A stretch of 64,000 nucleotides of DNA from Candidatus Bilamarchaeaceae archaeon (GCA_038851325.1 JAWCKZ010000004.1:26372-90371); one strand, 5' to 3'. Counted from the stretch's first letter, positions 10,007-20,006 are shown. Numbers and translations: made by a program. Notes: generated from the sequence alone by a model not told the origin.

Positions 10007-10253
10007 AATAATATGGTGTTACAAATTACTATGTTTGCTCACAGACGCTCTTCCATTTCATCGCATTTGCTTCTCCTTCTTTTACTTCATAAGCACAGGA
10101 TTGTCTTAGGCTGGCAGGAGTGCTCACTTAGATCGCACGGTCTTGTCCTGTGTTTCACCGTATAATTTGTAATAGGCTCGACCAACAGTGACGATACATA
10201 TTTAAATTGTTTTTTCTTTTATTTGTTTACACAAGCGAATAAAGGCAGGATGT

Positions 10254-11285
10254 ATGAAAAAGGCGGATTACCTTAAAACAAAAATCGAACATATAGATAT
10301 AACTTCGTTTGATGCGACGCCAGTTATAGAACAGTATTCGAAAACTGCATTCCAAGCACGCAATCTTGCAAGAGCGGCGAAGATATACGACAGAATGCTT
10401 GCTGATAACGATTGCACTGTGATTCTTTGTATAGCTGGCTCTCTCGTCAGCGCTGGTCTGAAAAAGGTAATCTGCGACATGATCGAATATAACATGGCTG
10501 ATGTAGTTGTAGCAACAGGCGCGAACGTTGTTGACCAAGACTTTTTTGAGGGGCTCGGTTTTCATCACTATCAAGGTACCCCGCGTGTTGATGACGATGA
10601 CCTGTTCAGAAAGCATATAGATAGGATTTACGATACCTACATAGATGAGGACGAGCTTCGGATCTGCGATATGACCGTTGCAAAGATAGCCGACAGCATT
10701 GAGCCAAGACCATATTCATCAAGAGAGTTCATAGAGATAATGGGGAAATATCTCGATGAGTATAAAAAAGAATCTGTTTCATTTGTAAGAAACGCGTATA
10801 AAAAAGGCGTACCGATATTTGTTCCAGCCTTTTCAGACTGCAGTGCTGGGTTTGGCCTCGTTTACCACCAAATGAATCGCGGCGACAAACCAAAGGTAAC
10901 CATAGATTCAGCAAAGGATTTTCTTGAGCTAACAAAAATAAAAATTGCTGCTGGAGAGACTGGTCTCTTTATGCTTGGTGGCGGAGTGCCGAAAAACTTT
11001 GCGCAGGATGTTGTTGTTGCCGCAGACGTCCTTGGAAAGAATGTCCACATGCATAAATATGCTGTGCAGATTACAGTTGCTGATGAGCGCGATGGAGGGC
11101 TTTCAGGCTCAACGCTCAAGGAGGCTCATTCGTGGGGAAAGGTTGACGAAGGATTCGAACAGATGGTGTTTGCAGAGGTAACTCTAGCAGCGCCTCTTAT
11201 CGTTAGCTACGCCTACCATAAAGGTAACTGGAAAAAACGGAGACCTAAAAATTTCAATTTGCTACTAAATACTAGGAGGATATAA
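10254..11285 (+). CDS. Deoxyhypusine synthase-family protein (DHS / SpeY-like)
   Basis: GGGVPKNFAQD, DGGLSGSTLKEAHSWGK (catalytic Lys motif). Confidence 0.9.
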   Translation: MKKADYLKTKIEHIDITSFDATPVIEQYSKTAFQARNLARAAKIYDRMLADNDCTVILCIAGSLVSAGLKKVICDMIEYNMADVVVATGANVVDQDFFEGLGFHHYQGTPRVDDDDLFRKHIDRIYDTYIDEDELRICDMTVAKIADSIEPRPYSSREFIEIMGKYLDEYKKESVSFVRNAYKKGVPIFVPAFSDCSAGFGLVYHQMNRGDKPKVTIDSAKDFLELTKIKIAAGETGLFMLGGGVPKNFAQDVVVAADVLGKNVHMHKYAVQITVADERDGGLSGSTLKEAHSWGKVDEGFEQMVFAEVTLAAPLIVSYAYHKGNWKKRRPKNFNLLLNTRRI

Positions 11286-11828
11286 ATGGTGCCAACGAAA
11301 ATGTTTTTTGTGAAGGGGGTTGGAGTCCACAAAGATCGGCTCGCGTCTTTTGAGCTTGCCCTCAGAGATGCCGGAATACAGATGTGCAACCTTGTTTACG
11401 TCTCAAGCATCTTTCCACCTGGATGTAAGATAATCCCAAAGGACGAAGGGATAAAGTTACTCAAACCTGGTCAAATAGTTTATTGTGTTATGGCTAGAAA
11501 TGAGACAAACGAGCCGAATAGACTCATAGCCGCCGCTGTTGGTCTCGCAGTTCCAAAGAACACAGATAACTACGGTTATCTCTCCGAGCATCATGCATTT
11601 GGCGAAACTGCTGCCAAGGCAGGAGAGTATGCTGAGGACCTTGCTGCAACAATGCTTGCCTCAACACTCGGCATCCCTTTTGACATAGAACAGGCATGGG
11701 ATGAAAGAGAGCAAGTCTACAAGTCAAGTGGTCTTATCACAAAGACATCAAACATCTGCCAATCAGCGGAAGGAAATAAGAACGGCTTATGGACAACGGT
11801 AATCGCAGCAGCAGTTTTGATAGAGTAA
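11286..11828 (+). CDS. pdaD: Pyruvoyl-dependent arginine decarboxylase
   Basis: [23 protein letters not shown] (Ser-Ser self-cleavage site), GYLSEH. Confidence 0.92.
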   Translation: MVPTKMFFVKGVGVHKDRLASFELALRDAGIQMCNLVYVSSIFPPGCKIIPKDEGIKLLKPGQIVYCVMARNETNEPNRLIAAAVGLAVPKNTDNYGYLSEHHAFGETAAKAGEYAEDLAATMLASTLGIPFDIEQAWDEREQVYKSSGLITKTSNICQSAEGNKNGLWTTVIAAAVLIE

Positions 11829-11841
11829 CCAAAACGATTTT

Positions 11842-12720
11842 ATGCTAAAAGTACCATTCAATTTCTGTGGTCTTCCAAAAGAGTATTCTGATTATTCCAA
11901 GGCAGCGATAGTTATACTCCAAGTGCCATTTGACAAAACATCCACTTGGGGGAAGGGGGCTGATAAAGGACCAAGGGCGATCATAGATGCGTCAAGAAAT
12001 CTAGAGCTGTACGATATCGAAACAGGAAGTGAGGTTTGCGAAAAAGGGATCGCAACCTTAAAGCCGATTTCGGCTGCGACAGTTGAAAAACTTGTGGATG
12101 CAACTTACAAAAGGGTACGAGAGCTGCTCGCTGATAAAAAATTTGTTGTCACGCTCGGGGGGGAACATTCGGTATCCATAGGACCGATAAAGGCGCACGC
12201 AGAAGCCTTCAGGGACATTAGCATTCTGCATCTCGATGCTCACGGTGACAGACGCGATTTCTATATGGGCAGTAAGTATAATCATGCGTGCGTTATCGCA
12301 CGAGTAAGAGAATTTACAGAAAACATCGTATCTGTTGGTATAAGAAGCATGGACTCAAGCGAACTTAAGTTGGTCGAACGAGATAAAATTTTCTATGCGC
12401 ACGAAATTTATAATTCAGAGGATTGGATTCCGAATGTTGTGGAAAAACTCACGGATAATGTGTACATCACAATAGACCTCGATGTTTTTGACCCATCTAT
12501 AATGCCATCAACCGGAACACCAGAGCCAGGTGGCTTGGGTTGGTATCAGGTTGAGCACCTTCTCAAAGCAGTAACCGAGAGACGAAACGTACTTGGATTT
12601 GATATCGTTGAACTCGCTCCAGTCAAAACAGATCGCGCGCCTGATTTTCTTGCTGCAAAGCTTGTATATAAGTTACTAAGTTATAAGTTTGCTCCGCATG
12701 CCAACCGCCCTGGACTATGA
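11842..12720 (+). CDS. speB: Agmatinase
   Basis: GGEHS, DAHGD, DLDVFDPSIMPSTGTPEPGG; operon context. Confidence 0.92.
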   Translation: MLKVPFNFCGLPKEYSDYSKAAIVILQVPFDKTSTWGKGADKGPRAIIDASRNLELYDIETGSEVCEKGIATLKPISAATVEKLVDATYKRVRELLADKKFVVTLGGEHSVSIGPIKAHAEAFRDISILHLDAHGDRRDFYMGSKYNHACVIARVREFTENIVSVGIRSMDSSELKLVERDKIFYAHEIYNSEDWIPNVVEKLTDNVYITIDLDVFDPSIMPSTGTPEPGGLGWYQVEHLLKAVTERRNVLGFDIVELAPVKTDRAPDFLAAKLVYKLLSYKFAPHANRPGL

Positions 12721-12777
12721 GCCCTGTCCCTTACGATTTCTTCTTCCTTTTTAAATGTAATATACACTAAACAGTTC

Positions 12778-13398
12778 ATGGATGAACGCGGAATAGAAGA
12801 CGCAATCGTCATGGACGAAAACACATTCAAGTCTCTCACTTCAGAGACAAGAACAGAGATATTGAAGTTGCTCAAGAAAAGAAATCATACGCTTTCAGAG
12901 ATTGCAAAAGCACTTAAAATTTCGAAAACAACAGCAAAGGAGCATCTTGATATCCTTGTCGAAGGTAGGCTTGTAGAGCAGGTTCCTTCAACGAACATAT
13001 GGAAATATTATACGCTTACGAAGGACGGAAAAAAGCTTGTTGGTGAGGAAGGGCCTAAAAGGGTTGTGATATTAATTGCAATGTGCATCTTTGGCATTCT
13101 TTTGTCGTTCTACGGCGCATATGGGCTCACTGCACCAGATTTGGAAAAGCAAACAGGGGCAACCCACTTTTACACTGAGCGCGGCGGTGAAGAGAGCATT
13201 GCCCAGGTACAAGCGATGCAAACAGACGGAATGCAAACAGACGAAATCCCGGCACAAGAAGGTGAGTCTGTTGCTGAGTCTGTTGCTAAAATAGATAATA
13301 ACAACATATCGGTTGTTGCACTTGTTTTAGGATTATCTATAATTATGGTTTCATTATTCACACTGCTAAAAAGAAATAAAGAACGGTCGATAGTATGA
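12778..13398 (+). CDS. ArsR-like winged-HTH regulator with two TM helices
   Basis: FKSLTSETRTEILKLL...LSEIAKALKISKTTAKEHL, then two hydrophobic segments. Confidence 0.8.
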   Translation: MDERGIEDAIVMDENTFKSLTSETRTEILKLLKKRNHTLSEIAKALKISKTTAKEHLDILVEGRLVEQVPSTNIWKYYTLTKDGKKLVGEEGPKRVVILIAMCIFGILLSFYGAYGLTAPDLEKQTGATHFYTERGGEESIAQVQAMQTDGMQTDEIPAQEGESVAESVAKIDNNNISVVALVLGLSIIMVSLFTLLKRNKERSIV

Positions 13399-13937
13399 GT
13401 TGCTTCTGTCAAAGATTGCTCTTTGGAGTTTTGCTTTTGGGAGCGCTTTTCTTTTATGGATGTTTAGCCCAACAAGGCATGCCTCCTGTGGAAAATGAAA
13501 CTCCAGTGTTTAATGAAACACCATCTAACAACGAGACAGAAAGTTCCGGCACCCCATATTGTAGCGCACTTGGAACGCGAAGTGAGGGGTGGTACATCAA
13601 AGGCAGATTGATTAAATATGCCAATTGCACTGGATGCACTGCTAGGTGTGAAGCCATAGGCACTCGCTCAGAAGGTTGGTATAGCTCTTGCGACGGTTCT
13701 CTGATTATGTGGGAGCAGTGTGCAGGAACACATCTGCCAGAAAGATTCTGCGGATGGTCTACTTATGGCTCCTGCTCTTCTGATTCTGATTGCAAAGTTG
13801 GCGGCTGCTCCGGACAGGTCTGCCAATCAAAATACGAAGAGTCTGTTATCACAACATGTGAATATCGAGAGTGCTACAATGCACGGGCATACGACCTGAG
13901 TTGCAAATGTATTGCCGGGCGGTGTCAGTGGAACTGA
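13395..13937 (+). CDS. Cys-rich secreted/lipoprotein with eight-cysteine-cluster domain
   Basis: LFFYGC lipobox-like signal; CSSDSDCKVGGCSGQVC...TTCEYRECY...CKCIAGRCQW; duplicated A(L/I)GTRSEGWY. Confidence 0.75.
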   Translation: MSCFCQRLLFGVLLLGALFFYGCLAQQGMPPVENETPVFNETPSNNETESSGTPYCSALGTRSEGWYIKGRLIKYANCTGCTARCEAIGTRSEGWYSSCDGSLIMWEQCAGTHLPERFCGWSTYGSCSSDSDCKVGGCSGQVCQSKYEESVITTCEYRECYNARAYDLSCKCIAGRCQWN

Positions 13938-13967
13938 TTTTATTCCTTTTCCTCCTTAATTTTTCTG

Positions 13968-14948
13968 ATGGTTGAAAAGCAGATGTGCGAAAATGACCTG
14001 AGCAACGAGGTACCAAAAGGCAAAAAATGTTCTCTGTGCAGCGGCTCTGCAGTCATCTTCCTGCCTTATGCCGACAAATATATGTGCAGAAAGCATTTTG
14101 TGCGGCATTTTGAGAAACGCTTCTTTGAAACAGTGCGCGAATTTGGGATGGTGAAGAAGGGCGAAACAGTTGCCCTTGGGCTTTCAGGTGGAAAGGACAG
14201 CACCACTCTTCTTTACATGCTGAGGAAATTAAAAACCAAGCTTCCATTCGACATCATTGCAATCACAATTGATCTTGGTATAGACTGCGAATATAACAAA
14301 AAAATAATACAGATAGCCGCAGAAACATGCAAACAGTTGGGAATTCGGCATTATATATTCCCATTAAAAAATGCTATCGGATACACCATCGATGAGCTTG
14401 TTGTAAAAACCGGTACGCGCAATCCATGCAGCGAGTGCGGGATTGTTCGACGTTATCTACTCAACAGGTACGCACGTGAACTTGGGGCGAATAAGCTTGC
14501 AATAGCTCACACGCTCAACGACACGGCTGAAACAGTTCTTATGAATATCCTGAGAAATGAACCGCTGAGGCTCTTTAGATACAACGAACACCTGATATCT
14601 AATGAACGGTTTGTTCCAAGAATAAAACCATTTTTGAAATCTCCTGAAAGCGAAGTAGTCACTTACGGACGACTGAAAGGGCTTCAACTGCTTGAGAAAA
14701 AATGCTGCCCTTATTCCATCTACGCATTTAGAAAATTTATTAGGAAACAACTCGCTGAAATAGAGCAAAAGTACCCCGGTTCCATGTTTAAGATAGTTAA
14801 TAGCTTTCTAAAACTACAGAAGATGTTCAAAAAGGAAAACACAATGAAATTGAGTATAAATCAGTGCAAAATCTGTGGAGAACCATGCGGAGGGGATGGG
14901 TGTAAATTTTGCCAACTTCTCGGTAGGCTCAATGACCAAACTAGGTGA
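13968..14948 (+). CDS. tRNA 2-thiolation protein (TtuA/Ncs6/CTU1 family)
   Basis: PP-loop SGGKDS, CSECGIVRR, AHTLND, terminal Zn fingers. Confidence 0.88.
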   Translation: MVEKQMCENDLSNEVPKGKKCSLCSGSAVIFLPYADKYMCRKHFVRHFEKRFFETVREFGMVKKGETVALGLSGGKDSTTLLYMLRKLKTKLPFDIIAITIDLGIDCEYNKKIIQIAAETCKQLGIRHYIFPLKNAIGYTIDELVVKTGTRNPCSECGIVRRYLLNRYARELGANKLAIAHTLNDTAETVLMNILRNEPLRLFRYNEHLISNERFVPRIKPFLKSPESEVVTYGRLKGLQLLEKKCCPYSIYAFRKFIRKQLAEIEQKYPGSMFKIVNSFLKLQKMFKKENTMKLSINQCKICGEPCGGDGCKFCQLLGRLNDQTR

Positions 14949-14960
14949 TCAAAATAGGGC

Positions 14961-15839
14961 CTAAAGGTGCATGCGCTCGATTCGGACAACAATTCCCCTT
15001 CTTCTGCTCAGAATCTCATCCCGCCCAAATAGCGCCTTTCCCATACCGACGAACATTCCCGACTCTGAATAGAGCGCAACTATTTCGTTTTTCTCTATAT
15101 CTTTCTCAACATCTTTCACCCCCGGGGCCATCAGCTGAGCACCGCTTTTTATGCTTTTGACAGCACTCTCACGCACGATTATCTTTCTTGCATCGATATA
15201 ATCCTCGGGCTTTTTTATCAGCTCGAGCAGGGTTTCAGGTTTTCCTTTTTTATAAAGCCAAATTGCGTCTATAAGATCCTGAAGCGTCACCGCCTCGTTC
15301 TCCGTTATCCTTCCAACTGCTATTCTACGTAGCTCCTCCATCCGTGCCCCGCCGCATTTTTTTCCAATATCCTCGCAAAGCGTTCGGATGTACGTTCCTG
15401 CTTCCACCTCTACAGCAAACAGCACAAGATTATCCTTTCTCTCCAAAAAATCAAAATAGTAAACGGTTCGTTTTCGTGGAACTTTTCTTACGGCGCTTTC
15501 TTTTGGTGGCGTTTGTGTTATTACGCCTGTGAATTCCTTAAAAAGCTCTTTTATTCGCTCGTTTGTTATGCTCCTATCTTTGAATTTTATAATGCCGACA
15601 TACTTTTTTCGTTTTCCTGCTATGTAACCAATAAGCTTTGTCGCCTTGCCGATTGCAACTGGAAGGACCCCTGAAACCTCGGGATCAAGCGTTCCTGCAT
15701 GTCCCGCCCGCTTTGCACCCAACAACTTTTTAACAAATGCTGTTATACCGTGGCTTACATGGCCACATGGTTTATCTATTATGATCAGCCCGTCTCCTAT
15801 CATATCCCTCGCTCTTACGCATTGTATTTCACTCGACAA
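14961..15839 (-). CDS. cbf5: H/ACA pseudouridine synthase Cbf5
   Basis: GHAGTLDPEVSGVLP, QTPPKESAV, GTYIRTLC, C-terminal PUA domain; start uncertain. Confidence 0.93.
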   Translation of the reverse strand: MSSEIQCVRARDMIGDGLIIIDKPCGHVSHGITAFVKKLLGAKRAGHAGTLDPEVSGVLPVAIGKATKLIGYIAGKRKKYVGIIKFKDRSITNERIKELFKEFTGVITQTPPKESAVRKVPRKRTVYYFDFLERKDNLVLFAVEVEAGTYIRTLCEDIGKKCGGARMEELRRIAVGRITENEAVTLQDLIDAIWLYKKGKPETLLELIKKPEDYIDARKIIVRESAVKSIKSGAQLMAPGVKDVEKDIEKNEIVALYSESGMFVGMGKALFGRDEILSRRRGIVVRIERMHL

Positions 15840-15984
15840 GTTTCAGATGACGAATTGCATATTTTCTTTCTTTACCTTTTGAGTCTGTTGCGAGTACATA
15901 TGGTTCTATTACCTTCTTGACTGTGACCCTTTCCCCCTTCCGTCTTCCACATATCAATTCGCAAACACTTCCTCCTTTTATCAT
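15829..15984 (-). CDS. rpl14e: Ribosomal protein L14e, minimal 51 aa (absent from ORF track)
   Basis: MIKGGSVCELICGRRKGERVTVKKVIEPYVLATDSKGKERKYAIRHLKLVE; KOW-like; lies between cmk and cbf5 as is typical. Confidence 0.8.
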   Translation of the reverse strand: MIKGGSVCELICGRRKGERVTVKKVIEPYVLATDSKGKERKYAIRHLKLVE

Positions 15985-15989
15985 ACAAA

Positions 15990-16526
15990 TCACCTGGTTT
16001 CCACGCAATTGCTTTTTCTCTGTTTCATTTTTATAATTTTAAGCGAATCCTTAAGAAGCTCTTCTGGCGGCTTTTTCCCGTCTAGCACAGCATCAAATAT
16101 ACTCTCATCAGTTATATCTATCTTATAAAGAGAAAAATAACGCTTTCTGTTGCTCTCATCACGTTCTCTTACATGTTCTAGAGCGTCTTTAATCGACATT
16201 CCATCTCTTTTAGCTATTCTCTGAGCTCTTATTTCTAAAGGCACGTTTATCTTTATCTTTACGTCCGCGTTAACGATCCATGGTCCGAGCCAGGTAGTCA
16301 CAACACAGTCTCCCTTCGTTGCCTCTTCCCTGAGCAAGCTGTCAAATTTTAAGTCTATGCTTTTGTCCTTCTCTGCTCTTCTCTGAAGATCCATGAGTGA
16401 AATGCCCTCTTTCGCAGCAAGGTCTTTGAATGTTGGGCAGACAAGACGGTAACCAAGGCGTTTTGCGATCAGCGCACCCAGCGTGTTTTTTCCTGCCCCT
16501 GTTAGACCCCAAACAGCAATTATCAT
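15990..16526 (-). CDS. cmk: Cytidylate kinase (archaeal type)
   Basis: GLTGAGKNT P-loop, RAQRIAKRD, RYFSLYKIDI; synteny. Confidence 0.88.
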   Translation of the reverse strand: MIIAVWGLTGAGKNTLGALIAKRLGYRLVCPTFKDLAAKEGISLMDLQRRAEKDKSIDLKFDSLLREEATKGDCVVTTWLGPWIVNADVKIKINVPLEIRAQRIAKRDGMSIKDALEHVRERDESNRKRYFSLYKIDITDESIFDAVLDGKKPPEELLKDSLKIIKMKQRKSNCVETR

Positions 16527-16530
16527 CCTC

Positions 16531-17331
16531 TCACTTCTTTATTCTTCCAAGAATAAATGAATAGCTAAGACCAAAAATCAAAGAAATGAATATGAACCAC
16601 CAATATGGTTGGTATATTGTTTTTACATTTACCATAGGAAGAGTAAACGGGAGCTCAACCTTAAACTCAGTTCCATTGTTTATGACCACTGCAACATCAT
16701 GCGCATTTTGCGGTGGCTTTGCAGTTATCCTAACCGTTTCTCCCTCTCCGTAAACATCTTTGTCCGTTGCTATCTCCATGTTTGCATTCGTCCTATCCAC
16801 GTAGGCCTCTGTAGTTCTCTCGCCGTAATAGAAGAAGGTTGCATTTCTACCAACCTCTGTGCCGCCATTTAGCGCTCTTACTACAGCGATCCATTTTCCA
16901 TAATTCGCACCGCTTATATTAAAGCAAGCAGTGTATATACCATCGCCAGCCCTCTCATCACAGTTGCTACCATCATCTTTCATTTGTAGTTTTATGTCAT
17001 CACTCGTGCTCGGATCAAAATGATTAACAACATATGTAAACAGACCAAAGATCACGAGAATAATGATCATTGGTTTAAACTGATTGAACATCATCTTGTT
17101 CATCCTTGGCAATAGCGCCATCTGCTCGCTCATAATCTTGTCCATTCTTGCTCTGTCTGATTTTTCGGCTGCTTCCTTGTACTCCTTACTTAGTCGCTTC
17201 GATTCCTTCTGAATATCCTCTATTTCCCTTCTATCTATCATTCTATTTTGGACCTCTCGCGCAATGATGCTATAGATAATAGCAGCTGCCGCAACAAGGT
17301 AAATATAGAAGGATAAGTCCATAATAATCAT
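16531..17331 (-). CDS. DUF106 / EMC3-TMCO1 (Oxa1-superfamily) membrane protein with a large inserted soluble domain
   Basis: TM1, coiled coil, QFKPMI, TM2, insert, then YWWFIFISL TM3; adjacent to cmk. Confidence 0.8.
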   Translation of the reverse strand: MIIMDLSFYIYLVAAAAIIYSIIAREVQNRMIDRREIEDIQKESKRLSKEYKEAAEKSDRARMDKIMSEQMALLPRMNKMMFNQFKPMIIILVIFGLFTYVVNHFDPSTSDDIKLQMKDDGSNCDERAGDGIYTACFNISGANYGKWIAVVRALNGGTEVGRNATFFYYGERTTEAYVDRTNANMEIATDKDVYGEGETVRITAKPPQNAHDVAVVINNGTEFKVELPFTLPMVNVKTIYQPYWWFIFISLIFGLSYSFILGRIKK

Positions 17332-17384
17332 TAAAACGAGAGATTTTATAAATGCTCTTTAACCATCGCGAGCAGGGATAAAAA

Positions 17385-18029
17385 CTATTCTTTTTTATAA
17401 CGCTCGAACGGTCCTTTTGCTTCCTTTACTATTCCTTCTATTTCTGGTTCTGCAACTTCTTCTTTTTTTATACCCTCGCTCTTTGGCTTTTTTCCAAATT
17501 TCTTTTTCTTCTTTATAGCAACTATCTCTCCTGCCCTCTCTCTTTTTTTAAGACCAAGCATCTCAAGAATACTATCTATAATTCTCTGTAAGAGCGACTT
17601 CTTTTTTTCTATTGTAACGCGATATGATGCGGCCATGGGTCCTCCGCTAACCAATCCCCATTTTCTCTGTTCTTCACCAAGGCAGGATGCGCAAAGCATT
17701 CTATTGTTCCACATGTAAAGCCGCTCTGTTTCTCTCCCGCAGCGTTCGCATCCCTTGCGGTATCTTAGTTGCGGCGCATGCAGTTCTTCTTTTTTTCGCG
17801 GTTTATATTCTTCCTTTTTCTTTTCTGCTTCTCTTAGTTCTACAAGACAGTAAGGGCATACCCACTGCCCCTTATACTGTTGGAGTTCTGAAAGCGGAAT
17901 ATACATCTGGCATCTCCAACACTGTTTCATTCTTCCATAAAACACACAAGAGCTGCAATACGGAAGCCCGTCACTTCCGTATTCTATCTCCCCTCTTTTT
18001 CCACAGCGCGAACAAACTCCGATAGCCAT
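17385..18029 (-). CDS. Hypothetical multi-zinc-finger protein
   Basis: Six CxxC pairs; Lys/Glu-rich tail. Confidence 0.7.
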   Translation of the reverse strand: MAIGVCSRCGKRGEIEYGSDGLPYCSSCVFYGRMKQCWRCQMYIPLSELQQYKGQWVCPYCLVELREAEKKKEEYKPRKKEELHAPQLRYRKGCERCGRETERLYMWNNRMLCASCLGEEQRKWGLVSGGPMAASYRVTIEKKKSLLQRIIDSILEMLGLKKRERAGEIVAIKKKKKFGKKPKSEGIKKEEVAEPEIEGIVKEAKGPFERYKKE

Positions 18030-18049
18030 TTTATCGCTTTTTTAATTTT

Positions 18050-19387
18050 TTACTTTATAGGTAAGTTATGCACTATTGCCTTTCTTACCTCACTTTCAAG
18101 GTAAAAGGTGTACAACTCTCTATTTATTTTTAGTGTATAAGACTTTTTTAGTGAAAAAGGAGGGTTTCTCAAAGCCTCGACTGCTTTCTTTGTTAGCTCA
18201 TCTATAGTTTTTCCTCGATTCTCATCAGCAAGCTCATTTTTTGTTACGCGTATGTTTATCGTTATGTCTCGCCCAGGGCCTTCATCACCCCATTTTGATG
18301 AAGGAACTACCGCCTCAGCCATCCTGATATTTTTCTCATCAGATTCTTTTTCTGCGGAGTTGGTAAAAACAGTAACAGTAATAGTCTCCCTTTTTTCTTC
18401 CTTTTTTTCTTCCTCAAGTTTCATACCAGGTACCCTAACCCTTCTCTCTTCCAACCCGGGAATTTCCAGAGGCTGTTCGGGTGGTGCCGGCTTTTCCTTC
18501 GGAGCGGTCACCTTCTCCTCAATTTCTTTAATGTTATCCTTAAGATTTTTAACATCTTCTCGTGTAACAACACCTCCTTCTGCAAGTTGCTTGTATCCCT
18601 CAAGAAGCTTTGCGAGCTTTTTTGTATCTTCTGTACTTTCTGTCTTATTGATCACTTCGATGGATTTTTTAACAGCAGCAAGAAATTCTTCAACGTCCTC
18701 TGGAAGAAGATAGCCATCTTTTGTGGATTTAGCTTTTTCTAATTCCTTTACTTTCTTCATGGCGATTTCAGCATCGATCTTTGTAGCATATTTCTCAAAG
18801 GTTTTTTTGTTTCCATACGTAAGCTTTCTCTCCTCATACAATCTTTCAACAGCATCAAAAACATACTTATACTTGTACCAAAGTGTTTTGTACTTTTTAA
18901 CCTCTTCTTTGTATTTCCCAACCTTCTTCATGAATTCATCGATTTCTTTTTGCTTTAAGTATTTTTTTGGCTCAAGGATAAGAAACGGAACACCTTTCTC
19001 TATTCCGGTGAATGGCCATTGTTTTGGTTTTGCTTCATAGCTTGTCATGATTGAGCGAATAGTTTTTTCTGCTTCTGCAGCGCTCGATATCTTGTCTGCT
19101 TCATATAATGCCTTTATTATTATATCGATTCGTACACTGCCGTCTTTTTCCACTAAGTATTTCATCACAAAATCCTTTGAAAGGGTGAGCACATTCCACA
19201 TTTCCGTAAACAAAAGTTTGTCTGGATCGTATATCATTGTTTTCCAAACAAGCCTAACATCGCTCAGAAGAACGCCGTTTTTTATGGTAGCGGAGGTTTT
19301 TACATTTTTAGGAAGGCGCGCATATCTTTCCAGCGATATCTCTTCAGCTTTCTTTATCTCCTTTTCTTTTTGTTTCGCATAACCCAT
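18050..19387 (-). CDS. Hypothetical Lys/Glu-rich protein
   Basis: 445-aa ORF, GGTTG/TATA-like upstream, no recognised motif. Confidence 0.7.
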   Translation of the reverse strand: MGYAKQKEKEIKKAEEISLERYARLPKNVKTSATIKNGVLLSDVRLVWKTMIYDPDKLLFTEMWNVLTLSKDFVMKYLVEKDGSVRIDIIIKALYEADKISSAAEAEKTIRSIMTSYEAKPKQWPFTGIEKGVPFLILEPKKYLKQKEIDEFMKKVGKYKEEVKKYKTLWYKYKYVFDAVERLYEERKLTYGNKKTFEKYATKIDAEIAMKKVKELEKAKSTKDGYLLPEDVEEFLAAVKKSIEVINKTESTEDTKKLAKLLEGYKQLAEGGVVTREDVKNLKDNIKEIEEKVTAPKEKPAPPEQPLEIPGLEERRVRVPGMKLEEEKKEEKRETITVTVFTNSAEKESDEKNIRMAEAVVPSSKWGDEGPGRDITINIRVTKNELADENRGKTIDELTKKAVEALRNPPFSLKKSYTLKINRELYTFYLESEVRKAIVHNLPIK

Positions 19388-19458
19388 AAAATCAACCTTT
19401 CAAGTAAATAAGTAGTACTGAAAAAGCCTTTAAATATGATATGTTTAATGTAATGTTC

Positions 19459-20001
19459 ATGGGGGGTTTTGATTACGCTGCACTTAGAGAAATGCAACGT
19501 CAGGAATTGTCCTCTCCGCGTTTAGCAGCACTGGATGAAAACTTTTATACTCAGATAGCACTATTTCTTTCAGAAAAGAAAAATGAGGCGCTCTCCTCAA
19601 ATTCCATGCTAAAAGTTCGTGAATATGAAAACTTACAGAGAATAATCGCCTCTATAAAGGAAAAACGAGAGGAAAAAATCCTTTTAATGGCACTTCGAGG
19701 AGAAAAAATAAATGGGAGTGCAACGCCCGAAGAACTAACACTGTTTAACAATCTAGTGAATGCCCTAAAAGAGTTCAGAGAAAAAATAACTGGAACCATC
19801 AAAGTGATATCATCGGACGCAACACACGAAAAGAATGAACAAAAGGATGGACTTATGGTAAGGATTATAAAGGACATAGAGGCATATAAAGGTTTGGACG
19901 GAAATGTGTACGGACCGTTTAAGGCTGACACCGTAATTTCCCTTCCAAGAGCCGAGGTGGAATGGCTCGTAAAGGCAAAAATGGCTGAAATTTCGAGGTG
20001 A
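19459..20001 (+). CDS. GINS complex subunit (Gins15/Gins51 type)
   Basis: L..LDENFY, KREEKI, C-terminal B-domain YKGLDGNVYGPFK...LP..VEWLVK; upstream of L44e-S27e-aIF2alpha. Confidence 0.85.
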   Translation: MGGFDYAALREMQRQELSSPRLAALDENFYTQIALFLSEKKNEALSSNSMLKVREYENLQRIIASIKEKREEKILLMALRGEKINGSATPEELTLFNNLVNALKEFREKITGTIKVISSDATHEKNEQKDGLMVRIIKDIEAYKGLDGNVYGPFKADTVISLPRAEVEWLVKAKMAEISR

Positions 20002-20006
20002 TTATC

